This document shows positions 1 through 13,448 of a stretch of DNA of 64,000 nt, piece after piece. Source of the DNA: Amphiscolops sp. MND2022. Taxonomy: Eukaryota. Each line of letters opens with the position of its first letter. Within the stretch, counting starts at the first letter, position 1. The position numbers were made by a program, and so were the translations under genes. Location of the stretch: NCBI GenBank assembly GCA_964187785.1, contig OZ076411.1, positions 57,102,001-57,166,000 on the forward strand, written 5' to 3'. Under the pieces are notes generated by a model. That model did not search any database. It saw nothing but the letters and a program-made list of their open reading frames with translations, and was not told the origin of the DNA.

Positions 1-508
1 TTTTTTTGGTTTAAACCGTTCAGAGCGAACAACGCATAAAAGAAAGGGCTGTTTTTGCTCGCGGAAACCAGCAAACTTGCTAACAGTCTACGAAAGTGAC
101 TACTTGTATGTTCCCTCCTCTTGCTGGAGTGATAGGTTTTAAGTTCGAAATGACGACTCCAAAGATGTCATGGAAAAAATTCCACCGACACGGCAGCGGC
201 AATCAACTGATTGGACAACACAATGCGACATACAAAGAAACAGCCTTTGGAATAGATGCCTTGAATCCCACAACACCCCCAAAACGCTACAATTTGTTGG
301 GGTACACTCCAGGGCACAAAAACGATAAAAATTCTGCACTTTTGATCAGTTCAACCTTAAAAACTTCCACTAAAACTGTTTTTTGGAGCCCATTTTAGGG
401 TGTACCATTTTCAGTTACTACATAAAATTTAACAATTTACGTGAAAACGGCGTCAAAAATTTCTTCTTCAGTGTTGAAAAACCTCAGAAAACGCAATGAA
501 AATACATA

Positions 509-774
509 AAACGAAAATAAACCAGACAGTCTACAAAACCAGATAGGGTCGTCTTCTTAGCAACAAAATCTTAAAAACGGTGATTTACCTCAATTGTCAT
601 CAAAATAAACGTCCAACCAGAAAGTTTGGTTTGCGTATCGTAAACGAAAATAAACCAGACAGTCTACAAAACCAGATAGGGTCGTCTTCTTAGCAACAAA
701 ATCTTAAAAACGGTGATTTACCTCAATTGTCATCAAAATAAACGTCCAACCAGAAAGTTTGGTTTGCGTATCGT
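509..774. repeat. Perfect 133-bp tandem duplication (509-641, 642-774)
   Basis: Both units read aaacgaaaataaaccagacagtct...tttgcgtatcgt and are identical by eye. Confidence 0.95.
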
Positions 775-2553
775 CCACCAAGCCAAAGGAAAATCCTTTG
801 ACATTTTAACCTTGTATTTTGAAATTTCTGAAGGTGCTTCCGGTGCTCTTTCAAAAATCTAGAGAGGTTTCCTAGGTTCTTCTAAAACCTTGAGTTAGCC
901 TTGTGGGTGCCTACTGATGTTGAGGACCACGTTTTTTAACCAATAATATGACAATTGCCTAAAATTTAAACAAAAAGAACTCTTAGAATTTTGTTTTGAG
1001 CATACCTCAAAGGATAATTCTTAATTGAAACATTGAAAACTTGTTCAGTGATCCTAGAAGTTCACTCTACTCCCCTTTTTCTTCACCTCGCAAGCCCAAT
1101 CGCCCGTCATTTTGACGATGAAACGAGCTTGCGAGCTCTACGGTGTGTAAAAATTTTTATAAAAAATTCCGTGTGACAATTTATATAGGGTGTACGACTG
1201 TACCGAACGTCCATTCTGCAACGAAACCAAGAGTAGCTCTCACGAGGTACATTTTATTGTTCCGTAGAATCGCGCACATAGTGAGCGATCGTGTGACCAA
1301 ATTTCGAACGCTTCCCACTTCTCAACGTTGAGAACGATTCACTTAGGCGTTTTGCAAAAAAAATGGAATCGCAAAAAAATCCTGCAAAAGCCCTCCTACG
1401 CGTGACTCATTAACCCTGCTAACCCTGAACAACCATTTTTCAACCCCACGCATCCGCACCAACACGCTGTGCAAGTTTCGTTACGCTACGAGCACTAGAT
1501 CAAAATTTGGTCCGCTTTTTCCGAGACGTACTGAAACAAGCGTGAACATTGACACTTTAACTAGCATGTGGAAATCCATAACAAAAAAATTAGCAAGCAT
1601 ACCTGGCTGCGCTCCACTGAATCTCAAAAGGGGAAGGGGACAACAGCAAAGTATCCCAGCAAGCCAACGAAGCCTGATTCCACCAGACCTGATGTCAGTA
1701 TATCTTCCGATTATATCTCTGATCCAAGAGAAGAGGACTGATGACAGCTTTAAAATAGCTCTCGATTTTTCAGACCCGATGTCGGACAACATATCCAAAA
1801 AATATCAATCAAATGAAGTCACGAGGGCTACCAGGATGGTTGAGGAATCATCCGAGGCAGAAGGAAGCTAAACTCATACCTCGAAATGGTTACAAGAACT
1901 ACCGACATATAACTCCTTCCGATACTGATGATAATAGGCTGTGGCTTAATTTCAATTGAACTAAAACGAAGTCGATGATCCAGAGGGAGCAGGCTGCTCA
2001 AACACGATCAATGCAAGGGAGGCAACAAGCATGACCAGTGACACCACGGCTAACATATTGCAAAAAAGAGGTATGTGGGTTCATGAACTATGCTAGAACA
2101 CGTCCATTGGAAGTTACGGGTCCTAAAGCTTACGGAAAAGGAAGAAAAGTGAGGCCCTCAACCCTACTGGCCCAAACCGCAACAACGGAACAACACGGTA
2201 CATCACGCTCCACATCCCAATCATCAGAGGCATCAGGACGATCTTCTGCATATAAAGCAGTACATGAAGCAGCTGTAGCCCACAAAGCTCTACTGGAAGC
2301 ACAATTAGAAACAGAACGAACTGTTGCTTGCTTGTCCGAGGACAAGGTATAGTGTAATCGTGAGCATAAAACTACTGCAAAAACAAATTGAAACTGTGCA
2401 AAAGCAAAATGAACTGCGGTTATCTGCTGACAGACATGCCAGAGGACGAGAAATGCCAGCCGCTTAAATGAACGCTATGGGTCATCGCATCATTGAGATG
2501 AAAGATCTGCTAATAGAGCGCGAACTACGCATGGAGTCACAACTGCAAAAAAT

Positions 2554-4196
2554 ATGTTCGCAGATCCAAACAATGGGACCTGTAGTAAAAATTTAAAAAA
2601 AAACATACAACCTCAGACCGAAAACATCGTCCCAACGAACTCAATCCAAGTCCCACCACCCAAATCTTCCACCAAAAACGTAACTCTGATATCGAAAGAG
2701 AAACTCACAAGCTTAATAGATTCCTCAACGTCAAAGCTTATTCTACCCAAGCACCAACAGTACCCTTCGAGTGGATTTCATACTTCTGTAATGGCAAAAG
2801 CGGACCCATCCCCGAGCGCTACATGCAAAAAAGGTTCTGCGACTGATCCAATTTCCATTGAAACTCTTAGCATGGAAATTACTGACTTGAGGACACCACT
2901 CTGCACCAATCGTACATCCCAGATGGCTACTACATTTCAATCTGCCAGCGCGACGTTTGGATAATTAACTGAAGAATTCCAAACTGCGAACGATGAATTG
3001 CTCCGGGGCAATCCATGCGCTAGCAGTACCAGACGAAGAGAAGTTTTAACCAATGGAGCCTCTGATGATTCCATTAAACCTATGAGAAGCAGCAGCCTCA
3101 CTCGACCCGCTGCAACCGAAGATGCACCAGTTTCCCCCGAACAACTAAACTCACCGAAGAGATATCTAAAGCAATGTCCAAGGAACTAGTGCCATTGATA
3201 GCCGGGAGGGATCAGACCAGAACTTGACTTACGGTATACGAGGGTACGAAGGACGGGAATGTTGACGGATGGTTTCTTCTAATGAGACAATTCCTTGAGC
3301 GCGTGCATGCTAAATCCACAGAGATCGACAAAGCATGGGCCATAATTGACCACGCCCACTTGGAATGTGAAGCGAGAAACTAGCGAGAAAAGTGTAGGAT
3401 CATCAATAAATCTGAACCAGAATGGAACGATACTGAGAAAGTCTTAACCCTCTTAGCTAGCAGCTTTGGAACCTGCAGCAACAAGATACACATCAGGCAA
3501 ACCTTCATATCACGTATCCAGCAGGAGAAAGAAGATAGGATGCAATACTTGGATGCTCTCGAAGGACTCAAGGATACCCATCACTACCAAACTCAATGAG
3601 ATACTGCAGCGTTTCACCGATGGTGTTCGTAATCCGGTACTACGTCAAGAACTAGCTGTGGTATATGCAGCTGAGAGCTACTTCGCATCGATGCGCTGTC
3701 GAATCTTAACGATTCACCACAGGGCAACTACAAAGGGATAGACCTTCAACAACCAAGACTTATGATCCTCGGTTAAGGATGAGGTGAGGCTGCGACCTCG
3801 CCCCTATGTTCCGGGAAAACTGCTCAATCCGGCACCTGGAATACCACAAAATGTGCTACCTCCTCCCCCGATCCAGCAAAACATGAAGCCAGTTATACCC
3901 AACCCAGTACACCTTCCGTGAAACAAATGCCGTTACAACCGATGCAACCCCCCCCCCGAAGTACCTGTTTCAACTGTGGCCAACCTGGTCATTTCGCCCG
4001 AGAATGTCTGGCTAAAGATCAAGCCAGGAAACCACAAACCCCTGCGACACAGGATGATCAGATGAACTTTTGCGAGGATGCAGTAGCTTCCAAATGTACA
4101 GGTCCAGTATTCTGTGTAAATTGTGGCTTGACTGAGCACTCCGGTTCCAAATGTCAAAATACAGCGGTACAAGACGACTTGATCTACAACATATGA
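2554..4196 (+). pseudogene. gag: Gag remnant of element A with CCHC zinc knuckles
   Basis: Fragmented ORFs ending in a Cx2Cx4Hx4C motif (~3964-4005) and a second knuckle. Confidence 0.75.
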
Positions 4197-4553
4197 AGAC
4201 GACTTGATCTACAACTGAACTGCCACAAACCCCTTAAAACACAAAGACAACGAAATGGTCTTGAAGCACACCTTTAACCATCACACATTTGCAACACCTG
4301 TAACCATTTATTGTGGAAAAATTCAGATCCAAATCAGTCCTGAACCTACCACCTACCAAACATCCGGGTGAACGATATAGTCGATTCGTCTGCTACTGGC
4401 AAAAGAACGCGAACAACGCCCTGATTTGACTATTGATGCACTGATCGATGAGAAAGCTGAGAACCCACAATATCGACAATCGACGCTACCCAACCTGAGG
4501 AATGGCAAGTAAAAGGAGTCTTCTCCACCTACCATGCGTATTCTCCTGTCCCG

Positions 4554-7179
4554 GTGAAAATAAACATGGATGGGGTGGACATGCGCTTCGAAGCTACCAT
4601 AACTACCGATGCGTTTCACCATGGAATTTGTCTTGGTCAACTAGAATTGAGATGCTACAACATCGACCAACAAGAACCAAAGGAAGAAGCGAGAATCGAT
4701 GAGCGTGCGTCGCTCGTAGTCTCATTCATCATTCCCGACGCAGCACCTTTACCGTTACGTGGGCTCATCGATACTGGTTCAGGTGTATCAATACAAAGCT
4801 GTTCTCACTGGTGCTCTAATGCGACCATATGGTGTGGATCTGTACGCAGCCAACGGGAAAACCGCCAAGACCTCTGGTCTGGCTGATTGCGTGAAATTCC
4901 AACTGGGTGGCAATGAACTCGAGATCAACTTTGTTATTGTTGACGATGCGATGGGTGTTGAGGATTTTCTGTTGGAACGAAAGTTCCTGCGAACTTACCA
5001 AGGCCTAGTAGACTTGACAGCAATGAAGGTGATTGTCGTGCCCACTCCCGACTAGTATCACGCGCACGCAGAGGTAAGCAAGGAATCACTTTCGGTTTCT
5101 GTAGCACTTGCACAAGACGCTGTTTTACAACCATTCGAGCGCACTATTCTGCCTGCGAAACTTCTACTTGACAATTTCGAACCTTATATATTCCGTAATG
5201 TCCTAATCAATTTTCACGCGCCAACTCGTGTTCTAAATTATGCAATATTTTTAGAAGACACCATGACCATAGTTAGAGAGACAGGTTTCTTTTATGTCAG
5301 TCTAGGTAACCTAAAAAGCAACGTCCAACGAATCAAAGGGGACACCCTTTTGGGGACAGCAGCACCCGTGGTTTTAGTCCACAAAGCAATCCCTCAGGTT
5401 GCTCTCGAGCATCAAACTGAAACTAAAAAACTGCTGCAAATTGTGTTTATAAAATTCATGAAGAAATGAACAAAGACACTAGTTCTGAATATAGTTTTTC
5501 GTCTGAATTTGAGTTTTTGTCTTTAACCGATCCGTCCGAACCCGGCTTATCGGAACGCGAGGTCATAAAACGTACCAATATGGCACTCTTGGCACAGATT
5601 CCCTGCCCCGCAGCGCAACGTGAAGAAGTCCGAATCTTCTGGGGTTCTACCGCAAGCAACACGCTCGATAAATTTCCCACCGAGTTTGACGACTTTTTCA
5701 TGAAGTAGAAGGCTGATTTTGGTAGTGGTCGCTGATTGGTAGCTGATTTTACGCGGTGGAAGTAGAGCCAGGGGCTATACCCCATCGCGAAGGTGCACGT
5801 CGAATGTCCCCAGAATATGCGTAACAAGCCAACCAAGAAGATCGTGACTTCTTGGCACTTGGCATGATTCAGCCTTCGCTTTCCCCATGGGCAAGTGGCA
5901 TTGTCATGGTCAAGAAGAAATCTTGTGAACTACGTTTCTGATGTGACTTTCGTCCCTGAAATGAACTCACAATTAAAGATGCCTACCCACTACCACGCAT
6001 TGATGAAAGCCTTCTACGATTGGGCAAAGCGAAAATCTACACTATTATTGATATTGCCTGGGCGTTCCGGCAAATTCCGGAACGAAAAGCCCACTGACAA
6101 AAAAACTGCAATTGCATGTGAACTTGGGCTATTCGAATGGCACCGCATGTCCTTTGGCATGTGAAATGCTTCAGTAACTTTTCAACGAGCGATAGTCCGA
6201 GCGCTACAAATGATAGTAAATCGTGGAGGAAGCATGGTCATGGCCAACATTGATGACATTGTTATTGCTACCGAAAAAACGAAGACCACATGGAGCGACT
6301 ACACGAAGTATTTCAGTGGTTACGTGAGGCAGCCTTAAAATGCGCGTCTCCAATTGCGACTTCTTGAAATCCGAAATCAAATATCTTGGCCCAATAGTAT
6401 CCGCTGAGGGCATCAAACCAGACCCCAAAACTGTGTGCCAACTACGCGACTAGGACGTCCCTCGCACCAAGACAGAGTTGCAGAGTTTTCTGGGCTTTGC
6501 AAACTACTATCGTGTTTTTATTCCCTGGAACGCAAAAATGGTTCCCCATTGCATGCAATTACTGGCACAGGCCTTTCCTTTTTATGGGGGGAGGAGCAAC
6601 AACAAGCCTTCAAAGAAATCAAAGTGGCACTGAGTGAAGACTCAGCCCTGGCTCAACCGGACTCTGAAGGGGAATTTGTTCTCGACACAGATGCCAAAGT
6701 GTGGCAATATCAGGTAATATTCACCAATGGCAAGGACCCCCTGAAAACAGAAAATTGCGACCGATAGTATTTGACAGTAAAAAGCTGACACCAACCCAAG
6801 CCAAATACGGGGCTCTGAAACTGGAACTCTATTCCGCCTATTTCATCCTCAAGAATCATAGCTACATGTGTCCCCAAAAGTTCGCCTTGAGTGTTCGATC
6901 ATTGCCTTGAAAAAATATCACTTTGTTATCCAGCATCGTCTAAGAACACAGCGTCGAAATGCAGATGGACTTAGCAAACGAACGATCGACGACAAAAAAT
7001 ATGAGCAACAGCTAGAATTGCCTCCAAATGCAGAGAAGTGGATCTTTCTGTCCCAAGAAGAATATGACAAACTCCCTCTTGTACCATGTTTCGATATTCA
7101 GGGACGAGTAATCCCAAATCACCAGAAGTGCCTAAACATATTAAAGGCGGTGCCGGTAAACATTCACAAGCAGCTATAA
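4554..7179 (+). pseudogene. pol: Pol remnant of element A (protease, RT, RNase H)
   Basis: DTG protease motif and RT/RNase H motifs spread over several frames. Confidence 0.85.
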
Positions 7180-7424
7180 AAGTGGCACGTGTTCGCAATC
7201 GCGCTCGAGGCCTCATATCCCGTGAGAATGCATTGCAAGCACCATTGCCTACACTGCCACGTGTGGATGAATCGATCCCAATCGAAGACTATCCTGAGTA
7301 CCCAGAGGGTTGTATTGAACTGACCAAAGAATGTAGGCAAGAATATCTATTGCCAATGCACATCGCCAACGTGCCCTCCAGAACCACGTACTCCTAGAAG
7401 GGCACGGAAAGACAAGCTCTGTGA

Positions 7425-7859
7425 TTTGAGTGAAAAAAACTCGGAAAGTCAGTTGACTGAACCCAGTCAGTTCAGCAATGAAATTCAAGTATGGTCACAA
7501 ATTATGGAAGAAAAGAATGATGACAAAATTGAAAAAATGAGAGAAGAATTGGGCAATAAACTAGAGGCTACCTTGAGAGAAGTTAAGTCTAACATAAACT
7601 ACATCAACAGTAACAAACCCAAGATCAGAAAACAACGAAATACAAGATTCACAACCGTCGGGATCCAAAACAAATAGATCTATTGGAGTTCGCACATCTA
7701 ATATTGAAAACTCAGGTTCAGAAAACGACGATTATCCTCTAAGAGCTTCAGAAATGAAAGACTTGAAACATCCGGCAAAACCAATTTTTCAAAACGAATC
7801 CAATATAGACAAAACGATACATTCAAACAAAAAATCCGACGCAGAAGAGGATTATCACA
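7425..7859 (+). repeat. G1 5' LTR, 3' part only, ending ...TATCACA
   Basis: Homologous to the end of the 3' LTR; CA terminus is immediately followed by TGG. Confidence 0.8.
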
Positions 7860-7873
7860 TGGTGACAGGAGCC
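7860..7873 (+). promoter_or_regulatory. G1 primer-binding site TGGTGACAGGAGCC
   Basis: Directly follows the LTR CA end; 13/14 identical to the G2 PBS. The cognate tRNA is not identified. Confidence 0.85.
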
Positions 7874-8948
7874 AACAGACAACTCAAAAGACAAAGTTCT
7901 CAAAAATTAAACGATAAAGTAGGATCCCACGCAGACCACAACTTGTCAAATTCGACAGTAAAACCACTTGACGCATTTAATCAAATTCCTTTGGCAATAG
8001 AAAAACTGGCGAAAAAAAAACTCCTCACAATCACTTTTTCGCCCAAAAAACATTAACATTTTATGAAAAAAAACAAGAAAAAGGAGAAATTTGAATACTT
8101 TGAAGACATATTTCACAGGACACTTCGAATGCACCAAACCTAACACAGGACATGAAAATTACCCATTTTCCTGCCCATCTCGGGGGTTTGGCGCTCAAGC
8201 CATTCAAGAACAAACAACGAAACCCAAACACGACTTCAGAAGAAATACTCAAAGTCTTTAGACGCCAATATGTGAAACCTGAGTCCAGTGCATCAGCAAA
8301 GCACAAATTCAACAGACGCTCATTTGACCCAGAAAATCAGAAACTTCCAGATTTTCTGGAAGAACTTCAAGAAAGTGCTGAAAAGCATTCGGGGATAACG
8401 CCCACCAAATGATAGAGAATTTGCTATACGCGAAAATGCCTCCTCGCCTTAAAAAGTCAATCGATCAAGCCTACCTCGAAAATGGCACATTTGATCGAGT
8501 AGTCAAACATCTTGAAAGAGAGATGGAACTTAACCGTCTTGAGGCAGACGAACTCCTCGTTAAAACCCAAATAACCGTTACCAAAGAGGATTAAAACACT
8601 GAAAAACCCAACAAAAAACAAAATCACAAAGCCAAAAAACAAACCAAAAACAGTACCTGATAAAACACTCGAAAATGACCAATGCCGTTATTGCAAGGAT
8701 GCCAACCACATGATGACTGACTGCCCCAAATCAGCAAAATGGCGCAAACTTGAAAAAAACCCGGATGCACCCAAATGCCCCAACTGCAAAACCCCGGTCC
8801 ATGATGAAAAAGATCCATGCTATTTTGGTGCCAATATGGATAATCAACCACCAAAACGGAATTTGACAGAAGCACAAAAGAAAGTTATAAAACTGTACAA
8901 GCAAGCTATAAAGCCAATGGAACGACATCAACAGTCCTCGTCAAATGA

Positions 8949-8955
8949 TTTAAAC
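8949..8955 (+). promoter_or_regulatory. Predicted -1 ribosomal frameshift slippery site U UUA AAC before the gag UAG
   Basis: X XXY YYZ heptamer in the gag frame. The -1 frame reads KLETPRLY, versus KLDSPRLC in G2. Confidence 0.65.
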
Positions 8956-9263
8956 TAGAAACGCCACGCCTTTACACAAAATCACCACAAACACCAAACC
9001 CAGCACCAGTTGAGCCCCAAACCCACAAAAACATCAGTTTGTGAAACTGACTTAAAAACAGAAAACTCAAAACAGTTAACTCTGGAAACTCAACCCGAAA
9101 ACTTATACGAACTCTTATATGACGCACCAGACAACTACTTTCCACAAGAATCAACCCACCCCGAAATCGACCCAACCTCAGTTATCCAACACACAACAAA
9201 ACACCACGTAACAATAAAAACTTCATGCAATGATGCAAAGCAACCCCTTTTAGATGAACATTA

Positions 9264-10291
9264 CAGTGCAGAGGCAAGCTATTTGGAATACGGGACACGA
9301 AAATTGAGAAATGTCGGAATCCAGGACAAAACTTCCCTTTGATGTTAAGCGTGTCTTAGATTCTTGTCCTGGATTCCACGACAATACTGCTGCTATAATG
9401 ACGCTTTTGCCGCTGCTCTCTGATTGGACCGCTGAATCTGGTAAGTTAAAATTTCAACATTGACGTACTAACCCCTTTGGTAGCTGGTTTCCTACAATTT
9501 AACATATGTATTCGGTTTTCCACAACACATGTATAGAAATATGGTCTTACTTTCCATAATAATTTTGAGACCAATTTCGTTTTATCAAAAGTCAGAGAGG
9601 CAAAGTGAGTCCATAATATCTTTCGTGCGAACAAAATGCTGGCCTATTAGTATTTTAATATGAAAAAATGTTTTGTGATATTTTGGTCCCAACCGTGAGT
9701 AAAAAAAGTACTCATGATTGGAAACAAAATTGCTCATTATCAATTTCACATTTGAATTACTTTTTTAACCAATTTTCGTTGCTATTACAAATCAGCGAGA
9801 TAAAATATGCAGCAAGTCATCAAATAATGGCAGATTATCATGATGTGGCAGTTTGTTCACAACTGGTAATAAACATTGAAAACACGAAAATTTGTGTAAT
9901 ATCGGCGTGTTAGTTTGAGTCATTTTGAAATAATATACAAGAAAAGTGCATAAAATTACATTTGTTCAGTCTTCCACTTGAATTTAACTCAAGAAGAGAT
10001 GCCGCGTATCGCGTCAAGCATAAAGTCGTGGAATCCAGGAATTTTATAATTTCTGAAATCTGATTTGTTCGTTATGCGAAAATTTACGTTTTTGTGGAAT
10101 CCGGGACAAAACGGCATGCCGACAGTGCGTACAGGTAAGCATTTGTTACTGGAATCCACGACAAAATCCGTGGAATTCGGGACTTATGACGTAATTTGCC
10201 AATTTTGCACAGTTAAAGGCATGATCGTGGAATGCGAGGTATTGAAAGCACGAAAGCGTGCTTCGAGCAAGTTTAGCTTGCCTATGTACTC
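9264..10291. mobile_element. Non-autonomous TIR element (Tc1/mariner-type MITE), copy A
   Basis: TIRs CAGTGCAGAGGCAAGCT ... AGCTTGCCTATGTACTC; TA on the left flank, CA on the right; reverse-complement match to copy B. Confidence 0.8.
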
Positions 10292-12730
10292 CAAAGAAGA
10301 TCTCACTGACTATATACAACTTGACAAGGAATGAAACTTGTCATACCTCCAAATCTCAACCTCTTTAACATGAAAGCGAAAGCGCCACATGTATTACATA
10401 CCGATGGACTTCAAAAACTCACACTTGATGGTCTCATTGATACAGGAGCCTTACAAGTGCAATCTCTGAACAAGACCTCAATAAAATCAAGCTGTTGGCA
10501 AACGAAGTCATTAACAAAACCGGTCCTCTGTCAAACTTTCAAATTATGGTGGCCAACGGACAACTAGAAGTCCCTATTGGTACAGTATTACTAGAATTTG
10601 AAGTAGCTGATTCCAAGTTAAAGGGAAATTTCATCATCATGAAAACTCTACCAAACCTGCTAATAGGATTGTCTTTCCTCCCGAGGAATAACTCAATTTT
10701 TGATGTCACTCAAGGCATCGTAACCTTCCCCTATTTTTCAATGCAGCTCAAGCCTGACACCCAAACATCGATACGGCAAGCAGCGCCATTGTTTGCTGAA
10801 AATACCTATACTTTACAATCAGGCGAACCTCTCGCCATTGCAAGCAGAATACTCCATCTTATGGACCATAACGCAACTGGAATAGTCATCCCATCACAAC
10901 AGTATGGAAACCATGATAGCATTTTCATCACTGCATCACTCACTATTGTTAACAACAATGCGGGTATCAAATTATCAATTTTTCGGAACTACCATACACA
11001 ATCACGATGGACACCCATTTATCGGATTTCAAGATATTTACCACAGAACAAATCAAACATATACATCCAGTAGACCCAGCATTGCTATGCTTCACGATAC
11101 AGCATGAGGATACAACAGAAGTCTACATAAATGAACTTCTCAAAGTACCACAACAAAATTCAGAGCAGGAAACATACTGGTTCCTTACCCATGAAGAACA
11201 AGGCAATCCCGCAACATATACTCCAATTCAGCAACGTATCTACAATGAGCTTCTCGAACAAAAAGAACTCGAGAAATTGAACCCAAACGATAACGACACA
11301 TCCAGTAAAGCATTACTTTCGAACTTCGACTGGTCCGACATAACAACGAGTGCCTCAGACTTTTAGTAGACCTCAGGAAGATTAACAACCTCATCGCTGA
11401 AGATTACACCAATAACAATCACCCGGTAAGCACTTTAACGGATGCAGCCTAACACAAGGCAGGGAAAAACTTTTCTGCAAATTGGATTGCTCACAGGCCT
11501 TCAGATGACAGATTACCAATTCATTCAAATGCTCGCTTTCAATTTTGCAAGTAGAACATTTGCTTATCGTCGCCTTGCTCAGGGTCTCAGCAGATCACTT
11601 TCTGCATTTTCAAGCGTTATGGGAGAGTACCTGGACAGAGCAATTAAAGCAGACCAATGTGCCCAATATGTCGATGACATTGGCATAGCAGCAAAGGACA
11701 CAAAACAATTTTGTACAAACATCAAAACTGTATTTGAATGCATACGCAATGCAGGATTAAAACTCTCAATGTCAAAAAACTACTTTAAAATCAAACAAGT
11801 CGACTTTTGGGGACGTACAATCACACCAAATGGAGTTGCCCATCAAGCCGACAAAGTGAAAAATTTCCTCTCAAAACTTCGCTTTCCCAAATCAAAAAAG
11901 GCTTTACAGAGGTATATCGGATTTTTAAACTATTACCGAAACTACATACCACGCCTTTCGGAACGGCTCTCTCCGTTTTTCAAACTCCTCATAGAAACCT
12001 CCAAATTGTACATACCAACAAATTTGGTGGAAGGCTTCACAAACCTCAACAAACTCCTAGAAAAGTCCTGCCAGTTAGCTTTAAAACAACCAATGAAAAA
12101 CAAGCATCTTATAGTCATGTCCGATGCAAGTTTCACAGCAGCAGGATATGCTATCATGATAGAAGACGACCCGAACCAAAAATTCCAATCCTAACGCAAA
12201 ACATATGCACCCTTAGCATTTGGTTCAAAAACTTTCAATCCAACAAAGACAAAATTGTCAATTTACGCAAAGGAATTTTTTCCATATACTTTGCATTTGT
12301 TGAATTTGGACACCTCATGTGGGGTAGTACCTTCCCAGTAATCGTTTTCACAGACAATCGTTCCGTAACCCGTTTTTCCAAACAAAAATGATCCTTCCAG
12401 CACTCTGGAATGCATGCGATTATGTCCTACAATACAATTTCGTCATCGCCCATGTTGCTGGATCAATGAACATTGCTGCCGACTTCTTATCTAGAACGGA
12501 AGTCGATTCAACCGAAAAACTGGAAATGTCCAATCGCAATGATATTCACACAAAAGCGATTGAAGTGAATATTCAATCATCCGGCATCGTCGAAGAAGAA
12601 AAAATTTATGTTCTCCCCGATTACGAAATTGATGAAAACAAATCATACGGAATCAAGCACAAACCGAACCACACAAGGACCTAGAAAACGCTGTTTCTGA
12701 GCTACAACAATTTCACAAACATACACATTA

Positions 12731-13448
12731 GAGCGCATAGGCAAGCTTAATTTGCTCAAACCATAATTTTGTGCTTTCAATACCTCGGATTCCACGACCA
12801 TACCTTTAACCATGCAAAATTGGCAAATACGTCATAAGTCCCGGATTCCACGGATTTTGTCATGGATTCCAGTAACAAATGCTTAGCTGTACGCACTGTC
12901 GGCATGCCGCTGTGTCCCGGATTCCACAAAAACATAAGTTTTTCAAAACGAACCAATCAGATTGCAGAAATCATAAATTTCCTGGATTCCACTTTGTGCT
13001 TGACGCGATACGCGGCATCTCTTCTTCAATTAAGTTCAAGTGGAAGACTGAACAAACAGAATTCTATGCACTATTTTTCGTAAATAAATTCAAAATGATT
13101 CAGACTAACACACCAATATTACACAAATATTCGTATTTTTCGAAGTTTAGAACCAGTTTTGAACAAACTGCCAGATCGTCACAATCTGCCATTATTTGAT
13201 GACATGCTGCAATTTTGGTACCAGTCATGACTATCGCTCTTCGTATTTTGGGTTTTTTTGTGTCAAAACAATTTCCATTGATATAAAATTGATTTAATTT
13301 AAATTCTTCTGCCTTTCCAATACCGATCACTCAAAATCAGCGGACCAATCAGAGAGCAGCGGCGAAAGCGTCAATAGAGCAGCAGCATTGGCGTGGAATC
13401 CAGTCCCGGATTCCACGAAAAGCAGCAAAATAGCTTGCCTGTGCACTG
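12731..13448. mobile_element. Same MITE family, copy B, inverted relative to copy A and shorter
   Basis: TA|GAGCGCATAGGCAAGCT ... AGCTTGCCTGTGCACTG|TA, giving a TA target duplication. Confidence 0.85.

Larger units (their letters stand above)
1500..7424 (+). mobile_element. Decayed Ty3/Gypsy LTR retrotransposon (element A), 3'-truncated before the integrase core
   Basis: Gag zinc knuckles CFNCGQPGHFAREC and CVNCGLTEHSGSKC; protease LIDTGSG; RT motifs SPWASGIVMVKKK, LFEWHRMSFG and NIDDIVI; RNase H FVLDTDA. Many stops and frameshifts. Left boundary is approximate; no LTR identified with confidence. Confidence 0.85.
7426..8958 (+). pseudogene. gag: G1 gag remnant
   Basis: VFRRQYVKPESSASAKHKF..FDP..KLPDFLEEL aligns with G2 gag; two degenerate C-terminal knuckles; frameshifted. 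Confidence 0.85.

Noticed and set aside
96-398. 100-aa ORF as a host gene
   Set aside because: No recognisable motif or splice context; lies in repeat-like DNA.
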